DNA of 64,000 nucleotides from Octopus vulgaris (Eukaryota): NCBI GenBank assembly GCA_951406725.2, contig OX597835.1, positions 7,626,001 to 7,690,000 of the forward strand, read 5' to 3'. Shown piece by piece: positions 43,588 to 57,389 of this stretch (position 1 is its first letter; each line of letters starts with the position of its first letter). The notes under the pieces were generated by a model. It saw only the letters and a program-made list of their open reading frames with translations, ran no database searches and was not told where the DNA came from. The position numbers and the translations under genes were made by a program.

Positions 43588-44706
43588 TCAATAAATTGAT
43601 AATCTTACAAGGAAAACGAGAATAGCGATTGTACTTTGGAGTATAGTGTTATGAGTGCCACGTGTGTTATTTTGTGAATGACACCTGCAACCCGATGCTA
43701 CCCAAAAGCATATACATTTCATACCTGGGCAGCAGGAAATGGCTGTCATATATTTTTGACATATACTCGTTGTGCAAGCGTACCTGTAAATACAGAATAT
43801 TGTAGTGAAATAATGAACTCATTAAATTATGGTTTCTCGTTAGGGAAGAAGTTGTTGCATTTTATTGACGTCGAAAAAATCCAACGGGATGCGAACGTAC
43901 AGCATGCAGAACCGAAACAAATAGGATGGGTCATATTTTTCCGTTCTTTCAAAAATTGTCATTTGTACTTTCTCCAGTATTTAAAAAAAAACCAAGTCTA
44001 TGAATATATATTTCCCGAATTTCATAAGTAGATAAGTAGATGTAGACAGTGATATGGTAATTATTTTCTACTCTTGGCAAAAGGTCCGAAATTTCGGATA
44101 GATCGACCACAGTAAACAACTGGTAGATAATTTATCGACCCCGAAAGGATGAAAGGCAAAGTCGACCTCGGCGGAATTTGAACTCAGAACGTAGAGACAG
44201 ACGAAATAACGCTTAACACCACACCCGGCGTGCTAACGTTTCTGCCGGTTCACCGACTTAGTGACAGAGTAATTAATAAATAAATGGTTTTAATAGTTAG
44301 AGGGGAAAGGCTGTGAGCTGGCAGAATCGTTAGTACGCCGTGCGATATGCTTAGAGATATTTCGTCTGCCGCTACGTTCTGAGTTTAAATTCCGCCGATG
44401 CTGCATTCCATCCTTTTTGCGTGGATAAATTAAGTACCAGTTGCGTACTGGAGTCGATCTAATCGACTGTCACACTCACCTAACATTTCAGGCCTTGTAA
44501 CTAGAGTAGAAAAGAATAGTTAGAAGAGGCGTAAGAAGATGTGTATTGATGTATGTCTGTTAACAATTGCCACCAGGACTTGCTTAGTACTTATTCTATC
44601 ATTATCTCTTGCCGCACCGCTACGTTACGAGGATGAAAACACACCAAGATCGGTTATCAAGCTATTTTCGGAGGACAATATATACATACATACATACATA
44701 CATATA

Positions 44707-44743
<37 letters not shown>

Positions 44744-47603
44744 GACGAGCTTCTTTCAGTTTCCGTCTACCAAATCCACTCACAAAGCTGTGGTCAGCAC
44801 GAGGCTATAGTGGAACATAATTACCTAAGGTACCACGCAGTAGGACTGAACCCGGAGCCATTTAGTTGTGGTAACAAAGCTACTTTTCACACAGCCACTG
44901 TGTGTACATTTAAATGCCCCCCACCCCCCCGATATCCCTCAATCAGCTTAAGTCTTATTGATCCTCTATGTTGTAATCTATCGTCACTATGGTGACATAA
45001 ACAAATAAAATAAAATTTTGATTCATGAATCTCAGCAGATTTTAAACGAGATTTTCTCGTCTGCAACTGGGAAATCAAATCTGCAGTTCTTTTGCTACGG
45101 TCATTGTGGTTTGTCCTATGTACTTCTCCTAAATAAGATATTGAAACGACGTTTCCAAAAGAAGAGACAAAACAATCCTCCATCTTGAAAATAACTTTTG
45201 AAATGGGAATCTTAACTTTTATATGCTTTTCAAATCTGGTTACTTTGGTATATTTGTCTCTGTATCAAATAAAATGAAAGAAAGAAAGAGAAACCGACTT
45301 TCTTGCCTCGTTGCTTCATTGTCATTTATTAAGGATGGACATTAATGTATGTCTATAAGTAAATGCTTAAGTTCTTGAAGTTGTATAGCATGTCACATTT
45401 GTGTATATAGTTTTGGCTAAATTAGCCTGCAAGAAAATAGTAATATGAATATGAAGATCAACCTCTCATGTGTTTGTGTAGGTGACCGTTACATTACATC
45501 ACACATTGTGCAATCCAAGAACGGGAAATATACGCGCACATGCAAACACATATCTCTATGACAATCTACTTGTTCATTCGCCCATTATACATTAACTAGC
45601 AGTATCGCGCAAGCAGTTTCTCGTGATGGTGGTGGTAGTGGTGTTGGTGTGTTGATAATGAAAAGTATCTATTTTTATGAACTAATTTTTTTTCTCATAG
45701 TGACCATTGCTTATTGCATAAGTGTAGTTATTTATTATGTGCTCGCTTAAAATTTGATATTTGTTTATAAAGGCCAACTCTGGATTCACAGGAAATACAG
45801 TTACAAGCTGCTCGAAAAAGATTGAGCTAACATGGAGCAGGGATATGAGGGAAAGAGGTAAAAATAATGCAGTCGATGACGTGAGGAAATGGATGCAGAC
45901 AAACGTCAAGAATATTTAAAGAATCCTCCTTTCTCTCTTAAACAGGCCTTCTTAACATTTCCCATTCCGTGGAATTTCGACGGGTCCCAATAATAGATAT
46001 ATATTATAGAATTCCATTCAGTTTTTCCTCTACCACATTCATTCAGCTGGTATTGGTCGCTGGTCGCGCTGGGTGTATAGCAGAAGACACATGTTCAGGG
46101 AATGAACGCTCGCACTTGTTAACTAGACAGTCATGCTTGCACCTATGGCTGAATGAATTGTTGATGAATTTTCTAGGCAAAATAGAACCGAATATTATAA
46201 AGTTTTTACACTTTATTCTTTTACTTGTTTCAGTCATTTGACTGTGGCCATGCTGGGGCATCGCCTTTAATCACGCAAATCTGTTCTTTGTAAGCCTAGT
46301 ACTTATTCTATCGGTGTATTTTGCCGAACCTATGTGTTCTTGGGGTGTAAACACACAAGCATTGGTTGTAAGCGATATTGGGAGGGTGGGAAAATTACAG
46401 ACACACAAACATATACACACACCAAAATATACAAATACATATATACGACGAGCTTCTTTCAGTTTCCGTCTACCAAATCCACTCACAAGGCTTTGGTCGG
46501 CCGAGGCTATAGTAGGAGACAGTTGCCCAAGTTGCCATGCAGTGGGACTGAACCCGGAACCATGTGTTTGGTAAGCAAGCTCCTTACCACACAGCCCTTC
46601 CTACGCCTATATTACTCGTGAAAATTTCCTCCTATCGTCTCACTTGATATATTGCCGTTTCATATTCGCTTTTACGCCAAAACTACAATCAGGAATGAAA
46701 CATTCCTAGAGGGCGCTCGTCTATTAATTCGATAACAAAGGTAGATATGTAGATCTTACCTTTTAGTCGTATTACTCAAACCTACAGTATCTCCTGTCTG
46801 TTGATGGACGGGAGCGACATCTGAAAGAAATATTAAAATACATATGGAAGAATTAGAAGTCTATTTACCAAAGTTTCGTGTAGAAATACTCAAAATACCC
46901 ATGAAGCACTCAACAGGTAATTTATTGAATTGAGGATAACGTATTTATGGTAACACGATCTGAAACAAGATGCTGGATCATGAAGACTGGAACTCGAAGT
47001 TCCTCACTCCTAAACTTAAATATGGCTCATCACTGTAGTGATGGATGTTTTTAATACATAAAAGGAGATAAAAAAAACCCAAAGGAGCAATAACAAGCAA
47101 TGACAAAAAAAAAAAAAATACACGTGAAACATTATATATACAGCACTTGCTGAATCTCTTCTGTAATTATTTTAATAATTAAGAATTCTAAGGGCGGCGG
47201 TGGAGAGCTGGCAGAATGGTTAGCTCAACGAGCAAGGTGCTTAGTGTCCTTCATTCCTGTTTACGTTCTGAATCAAATACAGGGGTAAGAGATGAGAGCA
47301 CACCACTAGAATCCTTCCCGATTTGTATCAATCTTAATTCCGTATACTTGGTCTATGAGTAGTGTTCATAAATAGAGTTATTTATTTAAAAGCTGTAATT
47401 GCATATAAATGGGGTACACCCGACAGACCGTTAAGATAACTTTATACATTTTCCTCCTTCCCGCCCTTCTATTTTCGGCCTTTTGTCCCACTACGTTTTG
47501 GATTGCTCTAAAATAAATGAAATTACTAATTATACTTACCTTGTTTATCTGAGAAGGTGTATGAAATGAATACACAAAACAGTAGGACACTGATACCTTT
47601 CAT
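43588..47603 (-). CDS. Knottin/ICK toxin-like prepropeptide with hydrophobic C-tail, copy 5; complement(join(43588..43783,46760..46820,47540..47603)); 106 aa
   Basis: [106 protein letters not shown]. Canonical splice sites on the - strand. Confidence 0.88.
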
Positions 47604-48523
47604 CACGCACCTGATGATAGACACATATAACGAGAGTGATTAATACAAAAGCTTTTTTCTTAGAAAATAAGCAAAATTCTAAAGCTGAAATTTAGGTAAC
47701 AATTATCTGTTAGCTGTTCAAATATATTTCACTAAAAATCCAAAATTTACCATTTAAACAATAAGTAATATGGCTAATTTAATTGCATCAACAGAACTAA
47801 TGTAGATTTAATTACAAATGTGAATATATAATTTAGGAGAAGATGACGTCTTCGAAGCATTTGTCCATAAATATTCCCCATATTGTTAACAGTGAATGAA
47901 ATATTCTTACTTCAAGTATATCTAGCTTCTATAGCTATATTATTTTCATTTCTGCAATCATAACAATTATGAGATGTTTGTCAGTTTGCAGTTGGTGGAA
48001 TCTTGTATGTGAAATGCACTCAGTCAAATGTATTTTCACTGTTTTGTGCAACTCAAATCAAACTTTCCTGCACATTTCACTGTATAAACTGTTGCACTGG
48101 TATATAACAATCTAAGACTAAACATGACTAAATGCAATTCTTGGTACTGAATACATGTGTCATATAATCCTCACACAAAAATATATTTATCGTTATCTTT
48201 TTAAAAACAATACTTTCTGGAAGAGCATCATATTACGTATCTCTTTTAATTAATTGTCTTACTATTGGTTTATTTATGAGGGATGTCAGCGACTAATCTG
48301 GGCAAGGAAAAACTAAGCGAAGAATCGATGAAGACGTACTCCGGGTATACGTCTCATATCAGAAGAAGGTTACGCATGTCGGCTTTGCTCTACATACGGG
48401 ACAGTATTCAGTAACTGACAAAAAATATCTTAAAGATCCTACATTCATCTTTAGATATAGCGTTGCTACTAAACACTCACGCACGGACTCACACACATAC
48501 AGACACACAGAAACACAGACACA

Positions 48524-48581
<58 letters not shown>

Positions 48582-49413
48582 AACTAAAAACGCTATATGA
48601 AAGACACATTGTTTTGACTGCTATGACAAGGCTACTCAAGAACCAGAATATATTCACACGATTTTAAATAAAGAATACTCGTCAATCAACTCAGTACAAA
48701 CAGCAACCCACAGATAGCAAAATTGGTCAAATAGTGTTCTATGGAAAACAGGGAAGCAGTTGGCCAGTGCTGCAAAGATCAGCAGTATGTTGGATGTGAA
48801 TGTTTTGACATAAAATAATGAGAAATGAATAACACAAACATCCAGCCAAAATAGGTTCACTTGTTTCTTAGAAAACGATTTACATTAATTAATAAACAAA
48901 ATTTACAAAAGCTCGACTTCATTCAAAACTTAAGGGGTCAACTGATTCCCTTTCATCAAATACATTCGATGAGATGTAAAGTGAAAATCAGTAAATCATT
49001 CCGGTTATCCTCTCTCTTCGCAGATCTTGGATTGTACACATGCAAACAGGCAACAAACGGTTTAAGCTCTGCCACTACCACCATCATCATTATCATAACA
49101 TACTCTGTGTAATGCTATTACTTAATCACATACAGTCGCAAAGAATAATTTAAATGTGTACATACTTTTTAGATTCGAACGGTATTTTACAAACAGCTCA
49201 GTAGACTTTCTCTTGTGCAAAGTTCAAACTGGTTGATGAGGGTTGTGCAGTGCTAGTTATACACTGAACACCGTTAAACTTTGCTGACTCCAGCTGTCGT
49301 TTTCTATTCTATTCTTGAATTTGTACACGCTGTGTTTTCACTTATTCTTTACACACACACACATCTATATAAATATATATATGTGTGTGTGCGTGCGCGT
49401 AACATACATATCC

Positions 49414-49482
<69 letters not shown>

Positions 49483-51118
49483 AATATATATATGTATGTA
49501 TGCATGTATGTATGTGTGTGTGTACGTGTGTCTGTATGTGTGTATGTATAAGCATCATCAATTTGATTAATGTTATACAATATTTACTAAATCGCCGTGC
49601 AATTCGTCCAGCTGTGTGAATTAGTAATTAGAAAACATCATTTCAAACTATATCGAAATTTATATCTTCGGTTATGTCAATGTTCTTCTTTGGAGACAAA
49701 TATTAAGTTCTTTTTCAGAAACCAACTTACGACTGATTCAGACGTGCAAGTCCAAATTGCTGCTTAGATCCTGATTATCCCTGATCTCCAAGTCATTATA
49801 TCCAATAATATTTTATTTATGACAGCTTTATATTTTGTATCGGAGCTTTAATATGAAATAAAATATATACTCTTATAAATAATCGACCTTATGTAAAAAA
49901 TGGGCATCCTTTTTTAAAATATAATCTGGAATTTTCTATATATCACGTGTAAATGTAGAATTTTATTTCTTTAGACGTCAGAGTTGCATACGTGTATCAA
50001 GAACTTAGGTTAGAGATTTCTTCAAGACTTTAATTTACCGATATTAGAATAATCAAAGTCAGGCCGTAACATCTCTTTGCAGCACAGCTTAGATTAGATC
50101 TCCAATAAGTTTTGCATGATAGATTGAGAGCTGAGATACTACTAAAGATGCTTGCTTACAATATTAATAGTACTTAATCAGAAATCGGGCTAAGAAAGGC
50201 GAGGTTATCTCTGACATAGATGACATTTTCAATGAAACTTTTATTCTTCTTTTTATCGTTGGATAGTAAGTGTTATCTCCTGTTTACTTCTATTTGGAAG
50301 CTAAAGGAAATGACTCATGTTCCCTTCACACTTTGCTTTTGTGCCTGGACATCAGTGCCTTCAAAGTGAGCCATTTTCTATTACATTTTCGACAGATTCG
50401 GGGCTGGTTTGCTGAAGCAATAATATCGTTTCAGTGATTATTTTGATCAATAACACATATTTGTTCGCCAGTTACTTGACCTTAACCACTTGACGATGTC
50501 CTTTAGTGGCTGACAATACGTGCATCTCTGATAATGAGCAGGAGTAGTTGGAGAGCCTGAAAGGGTAAACTTTAGGGTTTGAATCAATGTAAGGACATGA
50601 ATGTCTGGAGGAAATATTATTCATTTTGCATAGTTTCTAGGGATAAGCAAAGAGGAAATAACAGTTGCAACCTAAGGTCAAAAATCGTCTTACAAACTGT
50701 CATAATTTCTGGACGTTAATTAAACGACCTCAAGTTTCTACGAATATCGGAAAGGAGGTGGGGAATATTGGAACATTATTTATCGTCTCAAAAAGGAGGG
50801 AAAGAACAGTTGAACTGCAGGGATTCGAACTCAGAATATAGAAGCCTGAATAAATACCAAAAAGCTTTTCCTCTGACTTTTTAAGGCTTCCGCGAAATAT
50901 GCTGACAGTACACATCTCATATCCTGCACTTGGCATTGCAATCGTCAGAGTATCTTCATGATAGATGACAGCAACAGTTTGAAAGAGTAATTGCAGTAAG
51001 ATTTTTGTCGATGAGAAGTGTAGCTGCATCTTTTGACAAATATCGCCAGAAAGTCGTTCATATGTTTTACTCAACCCATTACTTATCTCTTTCACAAATA
51101 GAAGATGATACACACACG

Positions 51119-51166
<48 letters not shown>

Positions 51167-51177
51167 TATACATATAC

Positions 51178-51249
<72 letters not shown>

Positions 51250-51255
51250 CATATA

Positions 51256-51294
<39 letters not shown>

Positions 51295-51749
51295 TTTGAC
51301 TACGTATACTTTGTTACCCTTATATGTAAGTACACATTTTACTAAATTTTGAACGACTTCCTCAACACACTCTCTCTCCCCTCTCTCACATTTCTTTGCC
51401 TTTCTTACTTTGCCCTTCACTGTGTCACTGTCTCTCTTTTTTTCTCACCACTCTTTGATTCTTCCATCTACACACTCTCTCGCTCTCTCTCTCTTCTCCC
51501 CCTACTTAATACCTTTCTTCCAATTTTTTCTCTCTCATTCTCCCTCTCTGGTTCCTTTGTTCCTCTTCTCTCTCTCTCTCTCTTATATGTTCACGTCACG
51601 CCTTGCTAACCCTTAGCCCTTTTTCGTTTGAACACGGTCACGGACAAAGTGAATCACTTCCCTCTGCCGTAAGGCTTAATTCCCAACACGCCAGCTGAAT
51701 TCAGTTTGTCTCCAGTCGAAAGACGTCTGTTATTATGTCCTGTTATTAA

Positions 51750-51828
<79 letters not shown>

Positions 51829-52194
51829 ATTATTATTATTATTATTATAATTATTATTGTTGTTGTTGTTGTTGTTTCGTTGTATTATTTTTGTATATAT
51901 ATTCGTGTAACATCGTACGTTTTTCCGTCCTCGTTTCGTATACATTCGATGCTTTTCTCCAAGGAATCTAATGCTCTTAGATTTGTTTTTATGTGTTAAC
52001 ATTTATGTGTTAGTAATATGTGTTATGTGTATTATGGACATGAAGTGTTTGTGTTTCATGTTAATGTATATATATATGTGTGTGTGTGCGCGTGTGTGTG
52101 TGTGTATATATATGTATATGGATTTATATGTATGTATATAAATATATATATGTATATATATATATATGCGTATATTCTATATATATATATGTAC

Positions 52195-52242
<48 letters not shown>

Positions 52243-53326
52243 AAATAGGAAATGGGACAAAAATGCAAAACATCCGGACAACTAGGTAATACAAAAAGGG
52301 ACAACAAAACATCCAGATAGACGATACAAAAAAACGGAAGGGTCATTCGAAGCATTTAATTTTCAGTCAAGAACCGGATCATCCTCGCAATCACGGCTGA
52401 TTAATCTTGAGATTACTTCAATCTGGCCAGTCCCAAGGAAAAACAAATCTAAGAGCATTAGATTCCTTGGAGAAAAGCATCGAATGTATACGAAACGAGG
52501 ACGGAAAAACGTACGATGTTACACGAATATATATATATATATTTATATATATATAACTTTATATATGTATATTTATATATATGTACAGTGTGCATTTAAA
52601 CACAAAAGAGGTGTCTATCATAGGCTACTTGCACGTTAGAGAGGATAGTTAAATTCCAAACCATTATTCGGGATGTTTTACTTTCCATTCCATTCGAAAT
52701 TTTATCCATAAAATTTGACCTGTCTAGCGTGCAGGTATCCGTATGATGGATACACCTTTTTTGTTTATATGTAAACTGCATTTATATGAATAACATATAA
52801 TCTATTGAGTAAATGTTTTACACGCTAGGTCACTTGTAATGGAAATTTCTAATATTTCAGATTACCCTTTAATATTATTCATTAGTGATAAATTATTTCT
52901 TGGATAATTTTCAAAATAAAAAGCCGTAATATTTATTTATAGACGAGAGGGAGCTGCGCTTGTTCGGTGATTTGAAAATATTAGAATATATAAGCACGAA
53001 GCAGATACTGCATTGCCTCGTGTATATATATTTAATCTAAGATGTACCTGCTGAAGAAGCCTTCGCCGAGCAAATTATTTTATTTGCTAAAAAACGTCTG
53101 AAATCATTGGTCCAGGTGTTAGATGGTAAATGTTTAAATTTTTCTTTCCATTTTGAATTTTATCCCTAATGGTGGTTTGGAACTTAACTCTCCTCTCTAT
53201 GATGGATACCTCATTTGTGCTTAAATGTACACAATGTTTATGTGAGTAATATTTAGTCCATTGGCAAAATTTTCTATATGCTAGGCCTCTGGATATGGAC
53301 ATATTTCAAATTACTCATTGATATAA

Positions 53327-53367
<41 letters not shown>

Positions 53368-53442
53368 TATAAAAGTGTATGTGTGCGTATGTGTGTGTAT
53401 GTCTATATTTATGTATATATGTATGTATGTATGTATGTATGC

Positions 53443-53503
<61 letters not shown>

Positions 53504-54776
53504 CGTGCGTGTGTGTGTGTGTATGTATTTAATTATTTGACATACTTGGTTCAATTTTACAACCTCAATCTAGGAGATGCGGAAGACATCGTGATCACTC
53601 GCCTGGCAACGAATTACTGAAAATTCATCATCGTATCAAGTGCAGCATTCTTAAGAATGGAACGTCAGTGTGCACAGTTGGAACTTATACATATTATATC
53701 TGTCAAAATGAAGTTGGAAGTGATCATAACTCAATCACCTGTCGATCATATCTCAATCATCTGTCGGCTCGACTACGATTGTCCGATGAACAACATCACA
53801 ACATCAATAAATATTTTTGACAAGGTACCAACCTTGCGGCAACGGTTGCTACTCCGGGTGTCACCTTCCATAATCACGAGGAGAGAACATTCAAGAAATA
53901 TTTGGTCCTCACTGGCTACTATCAGTTTGTACCGGTTACGTCGAGACCTCAGGTGTTCTTGGACTTCATTCCTAACTGAGGGATGAAGACCATTGGATTA
54001 ATGAGCCTCAAGAAGTGGTTGCTGCAAAGTTCATCGCGGCAACGCCATCACGGCCACTACTGCGAGGCCCAGCTGAGTACACTATTCGATCTGGGTTATG
54101 TGACACATCACCCCTCCCCTCAATTTCTACTGGTTCACCTTTTTTTCCACTGTTTTCTTTTCTTATCTCTTATTTTTTCCCATTTCTATTTTAAACTTTA
54201 TAAAATAGAACTCGTAGAATATATGTTTTTACAATAATATAGCAGAACACTGCAATGTAAATTCTTACCATTCATATCGATAACTTAAAGGCAAACACCA
54301 CAGCGAAGAACAAACCATAAATACTTTGATACCCTTCAATAACTTACAAACAGTGAAAAACGAAGCACAAAGTGTTCTGCAATGCTTGATTAAATTTATT
54401 TAATTGAGATTTCATTAGAATTTGACGGAATAATCGCATGAAGATATTAGATATTAAATACATTCGTCGTATTAATTTAGGTTTGTAAGAAAAGTCACAG
54501 TTGTAAGTTATGGTTTGCAGATTTTCTCTCTTTTACCATTTCAGTTGTTGGTGCAACACAAGTGAAATTTCTTTACAGGATAAATTACAAAATCAAACTT
54601 CTGCTCGTTAATATTTTATATTCCACTATGACTCTTGATGTTTATTCATAGTTTTCTACTCTCATAGGATTTGACGATTGGTTAAATTTCAAAATTGAAA
54701 AAGTAGTAGATTTTCTCCTTCTATAAAAACAATGTGACCTATGACCTTTATCCACAAGATTCAAAAGAGCAGAACG

Positions 54777-54975
54777 TCAATAAATTGATAATTTTACAAG
54801 GAAAACGAGAATAGGGATTATACTTTGGCGTATACTGTTATGAGTGCCACACGTGTTATTTCCTTTAATGCACTTGCATATCGGTTTTTTCCCACAGCAG
54901 CAGCCACATACCAAACCTCGGCAGCAATCCTGGTTTGGATTAGAAGTGTAACACATATTCCTTGAACAAGATTCC
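54777..54975 (-). pseudogene. Orphan mature-peptide exon of knottin copy 6 (exons A and B deleted from its unit); open frame, 11 Cys
   Basis: Acceptor tttacag intact; reads ESCSRNMCYTSNPNQDCCRGLVCGCCCGKKPICKCIKGNNTCGTHNSIRQSIIPILVFLVKLSIY*. Near 58145 the unit jumps from intron-2 sequence directly to sequence upstream of exon A. Confidence 0.75.
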
Positions 54976-55031
54976 CTGTAAATACAGAATATTGTAGTGA
55001 AATAAGAAACTCATTAAATTATGATTTCTCG

Positions 55032-55113
55032 TTAGGGAAGAAGTTCTTGCATTTTATTGCAGCAACCCTGGTTTGGAGGAGGAGTGTAACACTTATCCCT
55101 TGAACAAGTTTCC
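55032..55113 (-). other. Partial duplicate of the mature exon with its own acceptor (copy 6); would encode ETCSRDKCYTPPPNQGCCNKMQELLP*
   Basis: A 138-bp tandem duplication of the intron end plus the exon's 5' half; acceptor tttacag retained. Confidence 0.65.
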
Positions 55114-57353
55114 CTGTAAATACAGAATATTGTAGTGAAATAAGAAACTCATTAAATTATGATTTCTCGTTAGGGAAGAAGTTCTTGCATTTTATTGACT
55201 TCGAAAAAACCAACGGGATGTGAATGTACAGCATGCAGAACCGAAACAAATAGGACGGGTCATATTTTTCCATTCCTTCGAAAATTGTCATTTGTACTTT
55301 CTCCAGTATTTAAAAAAAACCCAAGTCTATGAATATATATTTCCCGAATTTTATAAGTAGATATGTAGATGTAGACAGTGATATGGCAATTTTTTTCTAC
55401 TCTTGGCACAAGGCCCGAAATGTTTGGGGGGGGTAGTGGGGCCAGTGGAATAGATCGAACCCAGTAAACAACTGGTACTTAATTTATCGACCCCTAAAGG
55501 ATGAAAGGCAAAGTCGACCTCGGCGGAATTTGAACTCAGAACGTAGAGACAGACGAAAATACTGCTTAACACCTCGCCCGGCGTGCTAAAGTTTCTGCCG
55601 TTTCATCGCCTTAGTGACAGGGTAATTAATAAATAAATTGTGTTACTAGTTAAAGGGGAAAGGCTGTGAGCTGGCAGAATCATTGGCACGCGGGGTTATA
55701 TGCTTAGAGGTATTTCGTCTGCCGCTACGTTCTGAGTTCAAATTCCGCCGAGGTCGACATTGCCTTTCATCCTTTCGGGTTCGATAAATTAAGTACCAGT
55801 TGCGCACTGGGTTCGATCTAATCGACTGACCCATTCCCCCAACATTTCGGGCCTTGTACAAAGAGTAGAAAAGAATAGTTAGAAGAGAAGTAATAAGTTG
55901 AGTATTGGTGTATGTCAGTTAATAATCGCCACCAAGACTTACCTAGTACTAATTCTTTATCTTTTGCCGAACCGCTACGTTACGGGTTTAAAACACACCA
56001 TGATCGGTTATCAAGCGATGCTGAGAAGACAATATATACATGCATACGTACATACACATATATATATATATACGACGAGCTTCTTTCAGTTTCCGTCTAC
56101 CAAATCCACTCACAAAGATTTGGTCAGGCCAGTTATGCTCTATGTTCGAAGTTATCGTCACTGTTGTGACAAAATAGTGATTGATTTTAACCGAGATTTT
56201 CTCGTCTGCACCTGGGAAATCAAACCTGCATTGTATGTGGTAAAATTTCTTTTGTTACGGTCATTATTGTTTGTCCTGTCTACTTCTCTACGCATCCTAA
56301 ATAAGATGTGAAAACGACGTTTCCAAAAGAAGACACAACACAATACTCCATTTTGAAAATAACTTTTGAAATGGGATTCTTAACCTTTATATGCTTTTCA
56401 AATCTGGTTACTTTGGTATATTTGTCTCTGTATCAAATTAAAGGAAAGAAAGAAAGAGAAACCGGCTTTCTTGCCTCGTTGCTTCATTGTCATTTATTAA
56501 GGATGAACATTAATGTCTCTCTCTAAGTAAATGCTTAAGTTCTTGAAGCTGTATAGCATGTCACATTTGTGTGTATAGTTTTGGCTAAATTAGCCTGCAA
56601 GAAAATAGTAATATGAATATGAAGACAACATCTCATGTGTTTGTGTAGGTGACCGCTACATTACATCACACATTGTGCAATCCAAGAATGGAAAATATAC
56701 GCGCACATGCAAACACATATCTCTATGATAATCTACTTGTTCGTTCGCCCATTATATATTAACTAGCAGTATCACTCGGCGTTGCTCGGCTTTATTTCGA
56801 CCCTTTAGAATTAGAATTTTTGAAAAGTAATAATCTTGCATTATGTAGTTTGTTATTCTCTTTAAGTGAACATTTTTCTGGTTGAAATGGCGACACAGCA
56901 ATCAGAAAATCGTAAAAAGTAGGGATTTTCATAGAAAAAAAAGCACCTTTGTGATGTGAATCATTTTTGGTGTTAACATGGCTCGACTTGAAGTCTTCCG
57001 TCTACTGAAGAAAGAGCAAGCCTTCTTTTACCATACTCTCAATTTTGGTCAACTTGCGCCGCAGGGTCTCGGAGGAGAGAGTGTTAAGTTGAAGGCTACC
57101 AAACCTGCCACGCACAGACAACTTCAGCTTTGTATATAGAGATAGATTAGTTCGAAAGGTGAAGGTGGAGTGGGTGCGAGGTGGAGTAAGACTGAGTAGA
57201 AGAGAGAGACGGAGGAGTGAAGAAAAAGAGAAGAAGAAGTAGAGAGAAGTGATTAATATTAATATAATTAAGACAAAGGCGTTGATTGGTGTGCTGAAGG
57301 GTGAGGCGATGAACGAGAGAAAAAGAGAATACGAGGGAGAGAGGAAGAGAGAA

Positions 57354-57389
<36 letters not shown>

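Noticed and set aside
43678-44031. 117-aa + strand ORF overlapping copy 5 exon C
   Set aside because: Antisense shadow of the knottin exon and intron; not conserved in other units.
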